Source of the DNA: SAR116 cluster bacterium AG-335-B03
GTDB taxonomy: Bacteria > Pseudomonadota > Alphaproteobacteria > Puniceispirillales > Marisalimonadaceae
DNA length: 64,000 nucleotides
Reading direction: 5' to 3'
Assembly: GCA_003282435.1 (NCBI GenBank)
Contig: QBZG01000002.1
Span: forward strand, 44,967 to 108,966
Part shown: piece after piece, positions 10,159 to 19,604 of the stretch
Layout of the letters: every line of letters begins with the position of its first letter
Position numbering within the stretch: the stretch's first letter is position 1
The notes under the pieces: generated by a model
What the model saw: the letters and a program-made list of their open reading frames with translations, nothing else
Database searches by the model: none
Told to the model about the DNA's origin: nothing
Position numbers and translations under genes: made by a program

Positions 10159-11370
10159 ATGAGTGAGATAGATGGCGCTCTTTCAGGCCTTAAAATAGTT
10201 GCCTGCTCAACAGCTCAAGCTGGAACAGTACCCTACATGCTTATGGCAGATCTTGGAGCTGAAGTAATTAAGATAGAAACGCCAGGCAAAGGTGATAATA
10301 ATAGAGGCTCTGGCTATTTAATGGGATCAACTGGATCATTTTTTGAAACGAATAATAGAGGAGTTAAAAGCTTAACGCTTAATCTTAAGTCTGATAAAGG
10401 TCAAATAATACTTCATGATTTAGTAAAAGATGCCGATATATTCGGACAAAATTTTAGACCTGGTGTTGCTGAAAAATTAAACTTTGATTACGATACACTT
10501 AGTAAAATAAATCCTAAAATTGTATATGCTTCTGTTTCTGCTTATGGACCTGATGCTCCTGATGGACATTTACCTGGAACTGATGCTGTTGGACAAGCTT
10601 TGAGCGGCATAGCCGAAGCTTATTCGATACCAGGTAATAATTTGAGAACAGGTGTAGCTTCAGTTGCTGACGAAAGTTGTGCAATTTTAACATTTGGGGG
10701 CATTTTAGCAGCTTATATAAATGCACAGAAAACTGGTAAAGGACAAAAGTTAGAAACATCTCTGGTTGGAAGTGCTTTTAGACTTCTTGGCTGGACAATG
10801 ACAACAGCTATGTGGAGTAACAGACCACCAATAACCGGTGCAAGAATCAATGGTACAAGAGAACGCCCAGGAATTGCTGCTTGTTTTAATGACGTTGATG
10901 GTAAACCTTTTGCACTTCAACTTGATCCAGATGATTGGCAAGAAGCAATGAAGGAGCTCAATTTTTTTGATGTGCTTCAAAAAGAAAATCTTATTGATCT
11001 TGGTCTTGCATTTGAGTCTGATGAAAAGAAAACCCAGATCTTAAGCAAGCTTGCTGAATTATTTTCAACTAACAAAAGAGATCATTGGATTTCAATTTTA
11101 AGAAATGCTGACATGATATCTACTCACGTCAATACAATGCTAGAAGCGTCTAATGATCCTAATTTAAAAGAAAATAATTATGTAACTGAAGTATGGTATC
11201 CAGAACTCAATAAAAATATGAAAGTGCATGGAACGCCATGGAAGTTTTCAAAAACTCCTGCAAATATTAAAAGAGCGCCTAAACTTGGAGAGCATAATTC
11301 AGAACTTCTTAATAAATTAGGATATTCTGAAAAAGATATCCAAAATTTAATTGAAGATAAAATTATTTGA
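10159..11370 (+). CDS. Family III (CaiB/BaiF) CoA-transferase
   Basis: MADLGAEVIKIE, NRGVKSLTLNLK, QNFRPG, SVAD, APKLGEHN. Confidence 0.88.
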   Translation: MSEIDGALSGLKIVACSTAQAGTVPYMLMADLGAEVIKIETPGKGDNNRGSGYLMGSTGSFFETNNRGVKSLTLNLKSDKGQIILHDLVKDADIFGQNFRPGVAEKLNFDYDTLSKINPKIVYASVSAYGPDAPDGHLPGTDAVGQALSGIAEAYSIPGNNLRTGVASVADESCAILTFGGILAAYINAQKTGKGQKLETSLVGSAFRLLGWTMTTAMWSNRPPITGARINGTRERPGIAACFNDVDGKPFALQLDPDDWQEAMKELNFFDVLQKENLIDLGLAFESDEKKTQILSKLAELFSTNKRDHWISILRNADMISTHVNTMLEASNDPNLKENNYVTEVWYPELNKNMKVHGTPWKFSKTPANIKRAPKLGEHNSELLNKLGYSEKDIQNLIEDKII

Positions 11371-11920
11371 TTTCTTTCATTTCATCAACAAATCTTTTGA
11401 AATTTATAACGTAGTGTTTAGAAGAGCGCGTCATATTATCAATCATATCTTGGCTCAATTCTCTTACTGCTTTTGCTGGTGAACCAACTATTAGTGATCC
11501 ATCCGGAAATTCTTTGTTTTCGGTTACCAGAGCTCCTGCACCTACAAGACAGTTATTACCAATTTTTGCATTATTGAGAATTGTTGCTCCCATGCCAATT
11601 AAAGAGTTATTCCCAATAGTACATCCATGAATAATTGCATTATGACCAATCGTACAATTATCACCTATAGTTACAGGACAACTTGGATCAACGTGAATTA
11701 TGGTATTTTCTTGGATATTAGTCTCATTACCAATGTTAATAACATCATTATCCCCTCTTAAAACTGATCCAAACCAAATACCAACGTCTCTGCCTAAAAT
11801 AACGTTTCCAATAACATGTGCATCAGGTGCCACCCAATATAAGTCTTGTTCTGGAAGTTGAGGCTTTTTTTCACCTAAGCTGTAAATTGGCATTTCTTCT
11901 CCTTTATCAGAAATCATCAT
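11363..11920 (-). CDS. Gamma carbonic anhydrase family hexapeptide-repeat protein (true start may be the third Met, ~11893)
   Basis: IWFGSVLRGD, NIQENTIIH, IGHNAIIHGC, LIGMGA, GSPAK. Confidence 0.9.
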   Translation of the reverse strand: MMISDKGEEMPIYSLGEKKPQLPEQDLYWVAPDAHVIGNVILGRDVGIWFGSVLRGDNDVINIGNETNIQENTIIHVDPSCPVTIGDNCTIGHNAIIHGCTIGNNSLIGMGATILNNAKIGNNCLVGAGALVTENKEFPDGSLIVGSPAKAVRELSQDMIDNMTRSSKHYVINFKRFVDEMKEIK

Positions 11921-11992
11921 TAAAAGTATATTTACAGTATATACTTTTTTAGAGTTGTTAATATATTTATTGATAAACTTTAAGGATTTTTT

Positions 11993-13087
11993 ATGAGTAA
12001 CAAAGATAGCATAATAACTAAAATTTCAATTTACCGGTTAGATTTACCCTTAATTAAACCTTACAAATTATCATATAACACGTTTCATTCTTTTGAACCT
12101 CTTTTAATTCACATTATTGATAATGAAGGTAATGAGGGATGGGGAGAACAACATATTTCTCCTGGCTCAAGTAATGAAACAAGAGATGGTGGATGGACAT
12201 TCGCAAGAATATTATCAAAATTAATTTTGAATAAAACATTTAATGAAGCCAAAGAAATTATTCTATCTCACTCTCATTTAAGTATTGTTGCATCTAGTGC
12301 CTTACATACAGCAATTGAAATGCTCACAAATCCTAGTATTTTAAGCGGTAAAGATCCTATTAAAATGAAATTGTTAACGGCATTTAATGCAGAAGAAGAA
12401 ATAGAAATAAGGGATGAATTAGACAAAGTCACTGAACAGGGTTTTACAACAATCAAAATAAAAGTCGGTAGAAATGTGAGTTTAGATCTCAAAAAAATTG
12501 ATGCTATTCAAAAAAACTTATATGGAAGAGCTAATCTTAGAATAGATGCTAATAGAGCATATACAAAAGTTGAAGGCTGCAAATTTGTAACAGGTTTGGA
12601 ACCTAACTTTATAGAATTATTTGAACAACCTTGTGATGCTGACGATTGGGAAGCTAATGCAGCAGTTGCAAAAATATCAAGCGTACCAATTATGTTAGAT
12701 GAACCTATTTGCAGCATGCAAGATATTGAAAAAGCATCACGCATTGACGGTGTGAACTTATGCAAACTAAAACTAAAAAGGTTTGTCTCTATTTCAAAAT
12801 TAACGGAAGCAATTAATTACGCTCATAGTTTAGGCTTGGAAATTGTAATTGGTGACGGATTAGGCTCTGAAATAAATTGTTGGATGGAAGCTAAAATTGC
12901 AAGTGGCTTGATTGGAAATGCCGGTGAATATAATGGATTTTTAAAAATAAAACCTGAAGCTAGGATTTTATCCAACCCTATTAAATTTCAAAATGGCTTT
13001 TTAGAGACTGAAGATAATTGGAAACTGCAAATTGACAGAGATAAATTAGAAAAATACAGTATTTATAAAGAAGTTATATATAAATAA
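11993..13087 (+). CDS. Enolase superfamily, muconate-lactonizing enzyme/mandelate racemase-like
   Basis: KxK motif (KIKVG); metal ligands in RIDAN, FEQP, MLDE; Lys on strand 6. Confidence 0.85.
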   Translation: MSNKDSIITKISIYRLDLPLIKPYKLSYNTFHSFEPLLIHIIDNEGNEGWGEQHISPGSSNETRDGGWTFARILSKLILNKTFNEAKEIILSHSHLSIVASSALHTAIEMLTNPSILSGKDPIKMKLLTAFNAEEEIEIRDELDKVTEQGFTTIKIKVGRNVSLDLKKIDAIQKNLYGRANLRIDANRAYTKVEGCKFVTGLEPNFIELFEQPCDADDWEANAAVAKISSVPIMLDEPICSMQDIEKASRIDGVNLCKLKLKRFVSISKLTEAINYAHSLGLEIVIGDGLGSEINCWMEAKIASGLIGNAGEYNGFLKIKPEARILSNPIKFQNGFLETEDNWKLQIDRDKLEKYSIYKEVIYK

Positions 13088-13106
13088 ATTTATTAAGGAA
13101 GAAAGA

Positions 13107-13961
13107 ATGAAGTTGTTAAAAAGCGCTGCATGCTTGGGTGGTGAAATTTTAGGGATAAATCTTAATCAAAAATTAAATCAAGAACAGATTAGTTTTTTAA
13201 ATCAATGTTGGGATGATCGGTTAGTTCTAGTTTTTAAAAAACAGGAATTAGACGATAACAAATTAATAAATTTTAGTAAAAATTTTGGAGAATTGGATCC
13301 CCCTGGGCCTAATCCATATGGCATAAAATTTTTACCAGAGTTTCCTGAAATAAATGTAATTTCAAATGTAAAAAATAAAGAGGGTACTCCTATCGGAAAT
13401 TTGGGAGACGGTGAAGCTGTTTGGCATGCAGATATGACATATCAAGAAATCCCTCCGAAAGCAGGAATTTTATATGCTCTAGAGGTACCAGAAAATCAGG
13501 GTAATACTCACTTTGCAAATATGACTTTAGCATACGATGAATTACCTTATAAACTTAAGGAAAAAATTGATGGTAAAATTTTGATCCATGATTCTGCTCA
13601 TAATAGTGCCGGTATGTTAAGAAAAGGCTATTCAGAAGTTAATAATCCTTCTGAAACACCCGGGGCCAGACACCCAATAATAATTACAGATGAAAATACT
13701 AAGAAAAAACTTCTCTTTTTAGGAAGAAGACCACACGCTTACATAATTGGTATGGAAATAGAAGAAAGTGAAAATTTATTAGATCAAATATGGGAACACG
13801 CAACTCAAGAAAAATTTACCTGGACGCAAAAATGGGAAAAAGGTGATTTATTAATGTGGAAAAACTTAAACGTGCTTCACAAAAGAGATGCGTTTGACCC
13901 AAACACAAGAAGAATAATGCATCGAACTCAATTAAAAGGTGATATGAAAATATCTGCATAG
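13107..13961 (+). CDS. TauD/TfdA family Fe(II)/2-oxoglutarate dioxygenase
   Basis: WHADMTY (HxD), GNTHFAN, WEKGDLLMW, VLHKR, RRIMHRT. Confidence 0.9.
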   Translation: MKLLKSAACLGGEILGINLNQKLNQEQISFLNQCWDDRLVLVFKKQELDDNKLINFSKNFGELDPPGPNPYGIKFLPEFPEINVISNVKNKEGTPIGNLGDGEAVWHADMTYQEIPPKAGILYALEVPENQGNTHFANMTLAYDELPYKLKEKIDGKILIHDSAHNSAGMLRKGYSEVNNPSETPGARHPIIITDENTKKKLLFLGRRPHAYIIGMEIEESENLLDQIWEHATQEKFTWTQKWEKGDLLMWKNLNVLHKRDAFDPNTRRIMHRTQLKGDMKISA

Positions 13962-14061
13962 ATAAATTTAAAATAATTAATTAAATTATTTAAAAGATTA
14001 GTTGATTTATGGACTTTTCAATTGCAGACTTAATCCTTAATTTTAAAATTGGGAGAGTAAT

Positions 14062-15057
14062 ATGACACAAAAGAATAATTCTTTTCGAAGAAATATTGTA
14101 AAAGCTGGATTGGGTGTCGTCGCTATAGCAGGAATTAGTGCCTTTGGCCTAGTTTCTTCAGCTAGTGCAGACAAGTACCCGAGCAAAGCAATTGAACTTG
14201 TTATCCACGCAAAATATGGTGGTGGAACAGATACTACTGCAAGAATGGTTTCGATTAGAACTCGTAGAAATTTGAAAGCTGACATTTCAATCGTTGCAAA
14301 AAGAGGTGGTTCAGGTGCAAAAGCACAAAACTATGTTTTATCAAAGCCTGCAGACGGATATACTATAATGGCTTTAACTCAATCTCATCTTTATACTATG
14401 GCAAGAGGAAAATCTAAGATGAAGATTAATGACATTGTTGGGGTAGCAAGAGCAATGGATGACCCTACTTTTATAGCAGTGTCAGGCAAAGGTAATTTTA
14501 AGACTCTTGAAGACCTTGTGTCCGCGTCAAAAAAAGCACCTCTAAACTGGGGTGTAGCTCAAATTGGAGGAACAGAACATATTGGTTTAGCTCAATTTGC
14601 TAAAGAAGCTGGAATAAAATTCAAAGTTGTTCCTTTTGGTTCTGGAGCTCAAATGGTTCAAGCTTTAATGGCTGGAAAAATTGATGCTACTTTGCCTAAC
14701 GTTAGTGAAGCAGCAAACCAAGTAGCAGACGGAAGTTTTACAGCCTTAGCTGTTATGGCTGAAGACAGACTTAAAGACTATCCTAATGTTCCATCAACTT
14801 ATGAAAAAGGAATTAAAGCTAAATGTTCCACAACTAGAGGTTATGCTGTTTTAGCATCAACACCACAGCCAATTATTGATCAAATATCAAAGGCTATGGT
14901 TAAGGCAATGAAACATGATGTTTTCAAAAGTTATCTTGCTGGCGCAGGTCTAACAGTAGAAACAAGTGTGGCCGGTACTAAGGTATGGGATAAACACCTT
15001 AAGGCTGAATATAAAGTAGCTGAGGCAGCTTTAAAAGAGCTTGGTTTAGTTAAGTAA
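14062..15057 (+). CDS. tctC: Tripartite tricarboxylate transporter substrate-binding protein
   Basis: Signal peptide, YPSKAIELV, GGGTD, PADGYT, VPFGSG, PNVPS. Confidence 0.9.
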   Translation: MTQKNNSFRRNIVKAGLGVVAIAGISAFGLVSSASADKYPSKAIELVIHAKYGGGTDTTARMVSIRTRRNLKADISIVAKRGGSGAKAQNYVLSKPADGYTIMALTQSHLYTMARGKSKMKINDIVGVARAMDDPTFIAVSGKGNFKTLEDLVSASKKAPLNWGVAQIGGTEHIGLAQFAKEAGIKFKVVPFGSGAQMVQALMAGKIDATLPNVSEAANQVADGSFTALAVMAEDRLKDYPNVPSTYEKGIKAKCSTTRGYAVLASTPQPIIDQISKAMVKAMKHDVFKSYLAGAGLTVETSVAGTKVWDKHLKAEYKVAEAALKELGLVK

Positions 15058-15087
15058 TATTAACCTAAAGTTGTAGGTTTTATAGAA

Positions 15088-15606
15088 ATGAAAAATGATA
15101 AAACTGCACCCAGTAATCTGGGTGCATTATTTAATAAAAAAGATACAATTATTGCAATAGTAATGATTGTGATAATTGCTTTCTTGTGGTTTGAGACAAC
15201 TAAATTTGAAAAAGTTCCAGATTTATTTTCTAATAATATACCCCCTGAAATGTTTCCTCAAATTCTACTTCTAATTATTCTAGGAATGATACTGATTATT
15301 CCTTTTGAACATATTTTCTTAAAAAAAAGTGGAAAAAATATAGACTCAGCTAGATCAAAACCTATAGAAAAATCTACTATAGGTACAATGATTATTTTGA
15401 TTGCAATCATTGCTTCTTCTCAATTACTAGGTGCTGCATTAACTATCATTGCTGTGAGCATTACTTTACCTCTTTATTGGGGTGAGAAAAGATTGAAAGT
15501 ATTAATTTCTTACATAATTGGATTTCCATTATTTGTAATAGTTTTATTTAATATAATTCTTGGCGTTCACTTTGAACCAGGATTATTAGATTTATTAAAA
15601 AATTAA
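15088..15606 (+). CDS. tctB: Tripartite tricarboxylate transporter small membrane subunit
   Basis: ~4-5 TM helices, PPEMFP motif, located between tctC and tctA. Confidence 0.82.
   Translation: MKNDKTAPSNLGALFNKKDTIIAIVMIVIIAFLWFETTKFEKVPDLFSNNIPPEMFPQILLLIILGMILIIPFEHIFLKKSGKNIDSARSKPIEKSTIGTMIILIAIIASSQLLGAALTIIAVSITLPLYWGEKRLKVLISYIIGFPLFVIVLFNIILGVHFEPGLLDLLKN
15105..15126 (+). terminator. GC-rich hairpin within the 5' end of tctB (stabiliser or partial terminator after tctC)
   Basis: TGCACCCAG-TAAT-CTGGGTGCA perfect 9-bp stem followed by TTATTT. Confidence 0.5.
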
Positions 15607-15619
15607 AGAGGATTAAAAG

Positions 15620-17092
15620 TTGGAAGATGTAGCGAAGGGTTTAGGTCTATTATTAGAATTTGAAAATATAGTTTTAATATTATCAGGTGTTTTAATAGGC
15701 GTTTTAGTAGGAGCATTACCAGGTCTTAGTTCACCTATGGCTATTGCTTTGTTAATCCCTTTTACAATTTCTCTAGATCCAGTTGCAGCAATTTCTATGA
15801 TGGCAGCGTTATATTGTGCCGGTACTTTTGGTGGATCTATAACCGCTATATTAATAAATGCTCCTGGCGCGCCACCCGCCGTAGCAACAGCTTTAGATGG
15901 ATATCCAATGGCTAAAAACGGCGAACCTGGACGAGCACTGGGTCTTGCAGCAGTATCAAGTGTTTTTGGTGGTATCTTTAGTTTAATAATTTTTATTTTT
16001 GCTGCACCATTATTAGCAAAACTTGCTTTAGAATTTGGACCAGCTGAGTATTTTGGACTTGCAGTATTTGCGCTATCAATGCTTGCATCAATGAGTGGAA
16101 AATCATCTCTAAGAAACCTAATTTCTGGTTTAGTTGGCGTATTAATCGGAACAATAGGTATCCACCTTACTACCGGAGTAGAAAGATTCACTTTTGATAT
16201 CCCAGATCTTGAAGAGGGTATTCATTTTGTTCCAGTTCTTATTGGTTTATTTGCTGTTAGTGAATTATTTAAGCAATCTGAAAAATTAAATGCCATTGTA
16301 GAACGGATTCAAGCTAAGGCCTTAAGACTTCCATCCCTTTCAGAATTAAAAAAATTAAAATACACCATTTTAAGATCTTCAGGTATTGGTACCTTTATAG
16401 GCATACTTCCAGCAGAAGGCTCAACAGTCGCTGCAATAATTGGATATAACGAAGCAAGAAGATGGTCTAAAGATAAAGATAAATTTGGAAAAGGATCACC
16501 TGAAGGTATAGCAGGTCCTGAAGCTGCAAATAACGCAGCTGCAGGAGGGGCTATGGTTCCCACTTTAGCTTTAGGTATACCTGGAAGTGGATCTACTGCT
16601 TTAATACTTGCCGCTCTAATAATGCATGGTTTTAGACCCGGACCTTATTTAATTAGTGAGACACCCGAATTTGTTTATGCAATTTTTGGAGCAATGTTAA
16701 TTGCTAATTTAGGTTTTTTATTTATTGGATTAATTGGAGCTAAATTCTTTTCACTAGTTGCATTTATTCCAAAAAAATTACTTTGGCCTGCTGTCTTTAT
16801 TTTTTCAATGATTGGCTCTTATTCTTTTGCATCATCTATGTTTGATGTATGGGTAATGCTTGCAGCTGGTCTTGTGGGCTATTTTATGGATAGAAATGGA
16901 TTTTCAGCAGCACCTTTAGTTATGGGATTAATTCTAGGTAAACTGGTTGAAGAGAGCTTTTCACAATCTATGATTATTCATGACAATAACTTTTTTGCAC
17001 TCTTAGAAAGTCCCGTTGTCCTATTATTTTTTGTGCTTACTTTTTTAAGTCTATCATCACCATTTTGGGCAAAGTTTTTCTCTAAAAAATAA
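15620..17092 (+). CDS. tctA: Tripartite tricarboxylate transporter large membrane subunit
   Basis: GALPGL, GGSITAILINAPG, DGYPMA, GPEAANNA, LALGIPGS; TTG start with gagg RBS. Confidence 0.93.
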   Translation: MEDVAKGLGLLLEFENIVLILSGVLIGVLVGALPGLSSPMAIALLIPFTISLDPVAAISMMAALYCAGTFGGSITAILINAPGAPPAVATALDGYPMAKNGEPGRALGLAAVSSVFGGIFSLIIFIFAAPLLAKLALEFGPAEYFGLAVFALSMLASMSGKSSLRNLISGLVGVLIGTIGIHLTTGVERFTFDIPDLEEGIHFVPVLIGLFAVSELFKQSEKLNAIVERIQAKALRLPSLSELKKLKYTILRSSGIGTFIGILPAEGSTVAAIIGYNEARRWSKDKDKFGKGSPEGIAGPEAANNAAAGGAMVPTLALGIPGSGSTALILAALIMHGFRPGPYLISETPEFVYAIFGAMLIANLGFLFIGLIGAKFFSLVAFIPKKLLWPAVFIFSMIGSYSFASSMFDVWVMLAAGLVGYFMDRNGFSAAPLVMGLILGKLVEESFSQSMIIHDNNFFALLESPVVLLFFVLTFLSLSSPFWAKFFSKK

Positions 17093-17110
17093 TTTTAAAA
17101 AGATAATCGT

Positions 17111-18493
17111 ATGAATGAAAACAATAATATCTTTGTTGCAGAGAAATATGCTGAATGGACCAGTAATTTAGATGTTAATGATATTCCTGAAGAAGTAAAA
17201 AATAAATTACAAATTGTTGTAATGGATTCTTTAGGCTTAATGGCGTCTGCAAAAAATGAACCCTATGTTCAAAGTTTAATTGAAGCCCTTCAAGAAAATG
17301 GTAACTGTAGTTTAATTGGTCATAATAAAAAACTAACACCATTTAATGCCACAATTATAAATGGAACAGCTGTTCACGGTGAAGATTTTGACGATACATT
17401 TGAAGGAACCCCAGTTCATGTTGGGGCTGTAATGGTTCCAGCTATGTTAGCAACAATCCAAGAAAAAAAACTATCTGGAGTTGAGTTTCTAAAAGGTTTA
17501 GCTATCGGTTCTGAACTGATATGCAGGCTTGCTTTAGTTGCACCGACAGCCGTTCACAGACAAGGTTTTCATCCCACAGCCATTTTTGGAGCTTTTGGTT
17601 CTTCAGTAGGAATTTCATCTATAATAGGAAACAAACCTAATCAAATAAGTTCTGCACTAGGAATTGTAGGTAGCATGGCTTCAGGAATAATAGAATATTT
17701 AGCTGAGGGCACCTCTACAAAACGCCTTCACCCTGGATGGGCCGCAGGTTGTGGATGGCAATCTGCTAATTTTGCAAAATCAGGATTTATTGGCCCAAGG
17801 ACAGTTTTTGAGGGAACCCATGGAATTTTTAATAGTTTCGTAACAAAAAACATACAACCTGACTTTACACATATAACTGATAAATTGGGAGATAGATGGG
17901 AATGCAGTAATTTAGCTATAAAACCTTATGCCTGTGGAACAATGGCGCAACCCTTCATAGATTGTGCCATTAAACTCAAAGATAAAATTACTGATTTTAA
18001 TGAAATAGAAAAAATAGTAGCTCAAGTAGGCGAAGGAACAGTTCATAGATTATGGGAACCAATCAAGGAAAAACAAAATCCATCTTCTCCATATGGAGCC
18101 AAATTCTCTGTTCCTTATTGTATTGCCGTCGGACTTATTGATGGAGTTGCTGGACTAAAACAATTTACAGAAAAACGTTTAAAAGATCCAGAAATAACAA
18201 AGCTATCTTTAAAAATTAATTATGAGATTAATCCTAACGATGAATATCCTAAAAATTATTCCGGTGATATTTCTATTTTTATGAAAAATGGAGAGATTTT
18301 GTCAGCAAAACAAGATTGTTTAAGAGGGGGAAGAAAAGCTCCCTTAAGTTTTAAAGAAGCTGTTGACAAATTTCATGCTAATTTAGATTTCGCAAATATA
18401 AAAAGAAATGAAATTAAAAAACTTAAATTTTTAGTTAATAATATTTTCAGTTGTAAAGATCTAAGTGAGCTAGAAAATATTGATTTCAGTTAA
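17111..18493 (+). CDS. MmgE/PrpD family protein
   Basis: NGTAVHGEDFDDT, GFHPT, KRLHPG, KPYACG, AKFSVP. Confidence 0.9.
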   Translation: MNENNNIFVAEKYAEWTSNLDVNDIPEEVKNKLQIVVMDSLGLMASAKNEPYVQSLIEALQENGNCSLIGHNKKLTPFNATIINGTAVHGEDFDDTFEGTPVHVGAVMVPAMLATIQEKKLSGVEFLKGLAIGSELICRLALVAPTAVHRQGFHPTAIFGAFGSSVGISSIIGNKPNQISSALGIVGSMASGIIEYLAEGTSTKRLHPGWAAGCGWQSANFAKSGFIGPRTVFEGTHGIFNSFVTKNIQPDFTHITDKLGDRWECSNLAIKPYACGTMAQPFIDCAIKLKDKITDFNEIEKIVAQVGEGTVHRLWEPIKEKQNPSSPYGAKFSVPYCIAVGLIDGVAGLKQFTEKRLKDPEITKLSLKINYEINPNDEYPKNYSGDISIFMKNGEILSAKQDCLRGGRKAPLSFKEAVDKFHANLDFANIKRNEIKKLKFLVNNIFSCKDLSELENIDFS

Positions 18494-19500
18494 TCAATCT
18501 TTTCACAACCTTTCCCTAATATTAAGTCAAAAAATCTTTTCCACTTAGCTTTATAATTAGTTCTATTAACAACCCAATCTACATGCTTGGATTTGTCCTT
18601 TTTAGTATTTATTTGAATACCCCATAAACCATCAACTTCATTTGGTACCGCAGAATATCTTACATCAATTATAATATTTTTTTGATTTCCAAAACCTAAA
18701 TAACCTTGAGAAAACCAATCGAACCTCTGAATATCCTTATATTGTTGACTATTCTGACTTAATTCCATGAAATTAATTGATGTATCTAGTTTTTTTATTC
18801 TGGTTCCCTTACAATATTCAGATTTTGAGAGCAATCGTACTGCATCTACATAGTAAAAACCATTATATTCATATATAACTTTCCATATAAATAAGTTTCC
18901 TAAACTTGGCTTAACTGTTAATCTTTTACTTTCATGTCCTCTTAAATTTGCAATAGATTGACCAATATTCTCTGCACGATTTTCTTGAAATAATCCTATT
19001 GCAAGATAAAGAAAAATATAAAACAGACCAAAAAAAGTAATCAATTTATTTTTCTTTAAAATTGCAATAATTATTAAAAAAATTATGGGAATAGTTAATA
19101 GTGGATCAACAACAGATATGTTATTCCAAGAAATTCTTTCATCAGTAAATGGCCATAAAAGTTGTGTTCCATAACTTGTACAAGCGTCTAAAAATCCGTG
19201 AGTTGCATATCCAATAAAACAATAACAGTAGGTTTGCTTCCAACTTAAATATTTTCTTGTAAAGAAACTAAGAAATAAAGTAACAATTAGAGCCCCTAAA
19301 GGAATAAATAATAATGAATGAGTGAATTGCCTATGATATTCCAATTTCAACAAAGGATCTGAGTTTGATCTAATTAATATATCTAAATCAGGAGCTAAAC
19401 CAGCGAGACAACCAATTATTGAACCAACAAGAATTTTCTTTTTATTCGATATCGTTTGAGCAAAAATTGCTCCAAACGCACCTTGGCTTACAGGATCCAT
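18490..19500 (-). CDS. Inner-membrane metal-dependent hydrolase (YdjM-like)
   Basis: MDPVSQ, PDLD, HRQFTHS, HGFLDACTSYGTQLLWPF. Confidence 0.85.
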   Translation of the reverse strand: MDPVSQGAFGAIFAQTISNKKKILVGSIIGCLAGLAPDLDILIRSNSDPLLKLEYHRQFTHSLLFIPLGALIVTLFLSFFTRKYLSWKQTYCYCFIGYATHGFLDACTSYGTQLLWPFTDERISWNNISVVDPLLTIPIIFLIIIAILKKNKLITFFGLFYIFLYLAIGLFQENRAENIGQSIANLRGHESKRLTVKPSLGNLFIWKVIYEYNGFYYVDAVRLLSKSEYCKGTRIKKLDTSINFMELSQNSQQYKDIQRFDWFSQGYLGFGNQKNIIIDVRYSAVPNEVDGLWGIQINTKKDKSKHVDWVVNRTNYKAKWKRFFDLILGKGCEKID

Positions 19501-19604
19501 TTAACAAACCAAAATAATTAAAATTATATTCTATACACTAAGATTTCTTGACTGTTTATATTTTTTTCTTTTAACATATTAATTATATCAAAGAGGAATT
19601 GTAA

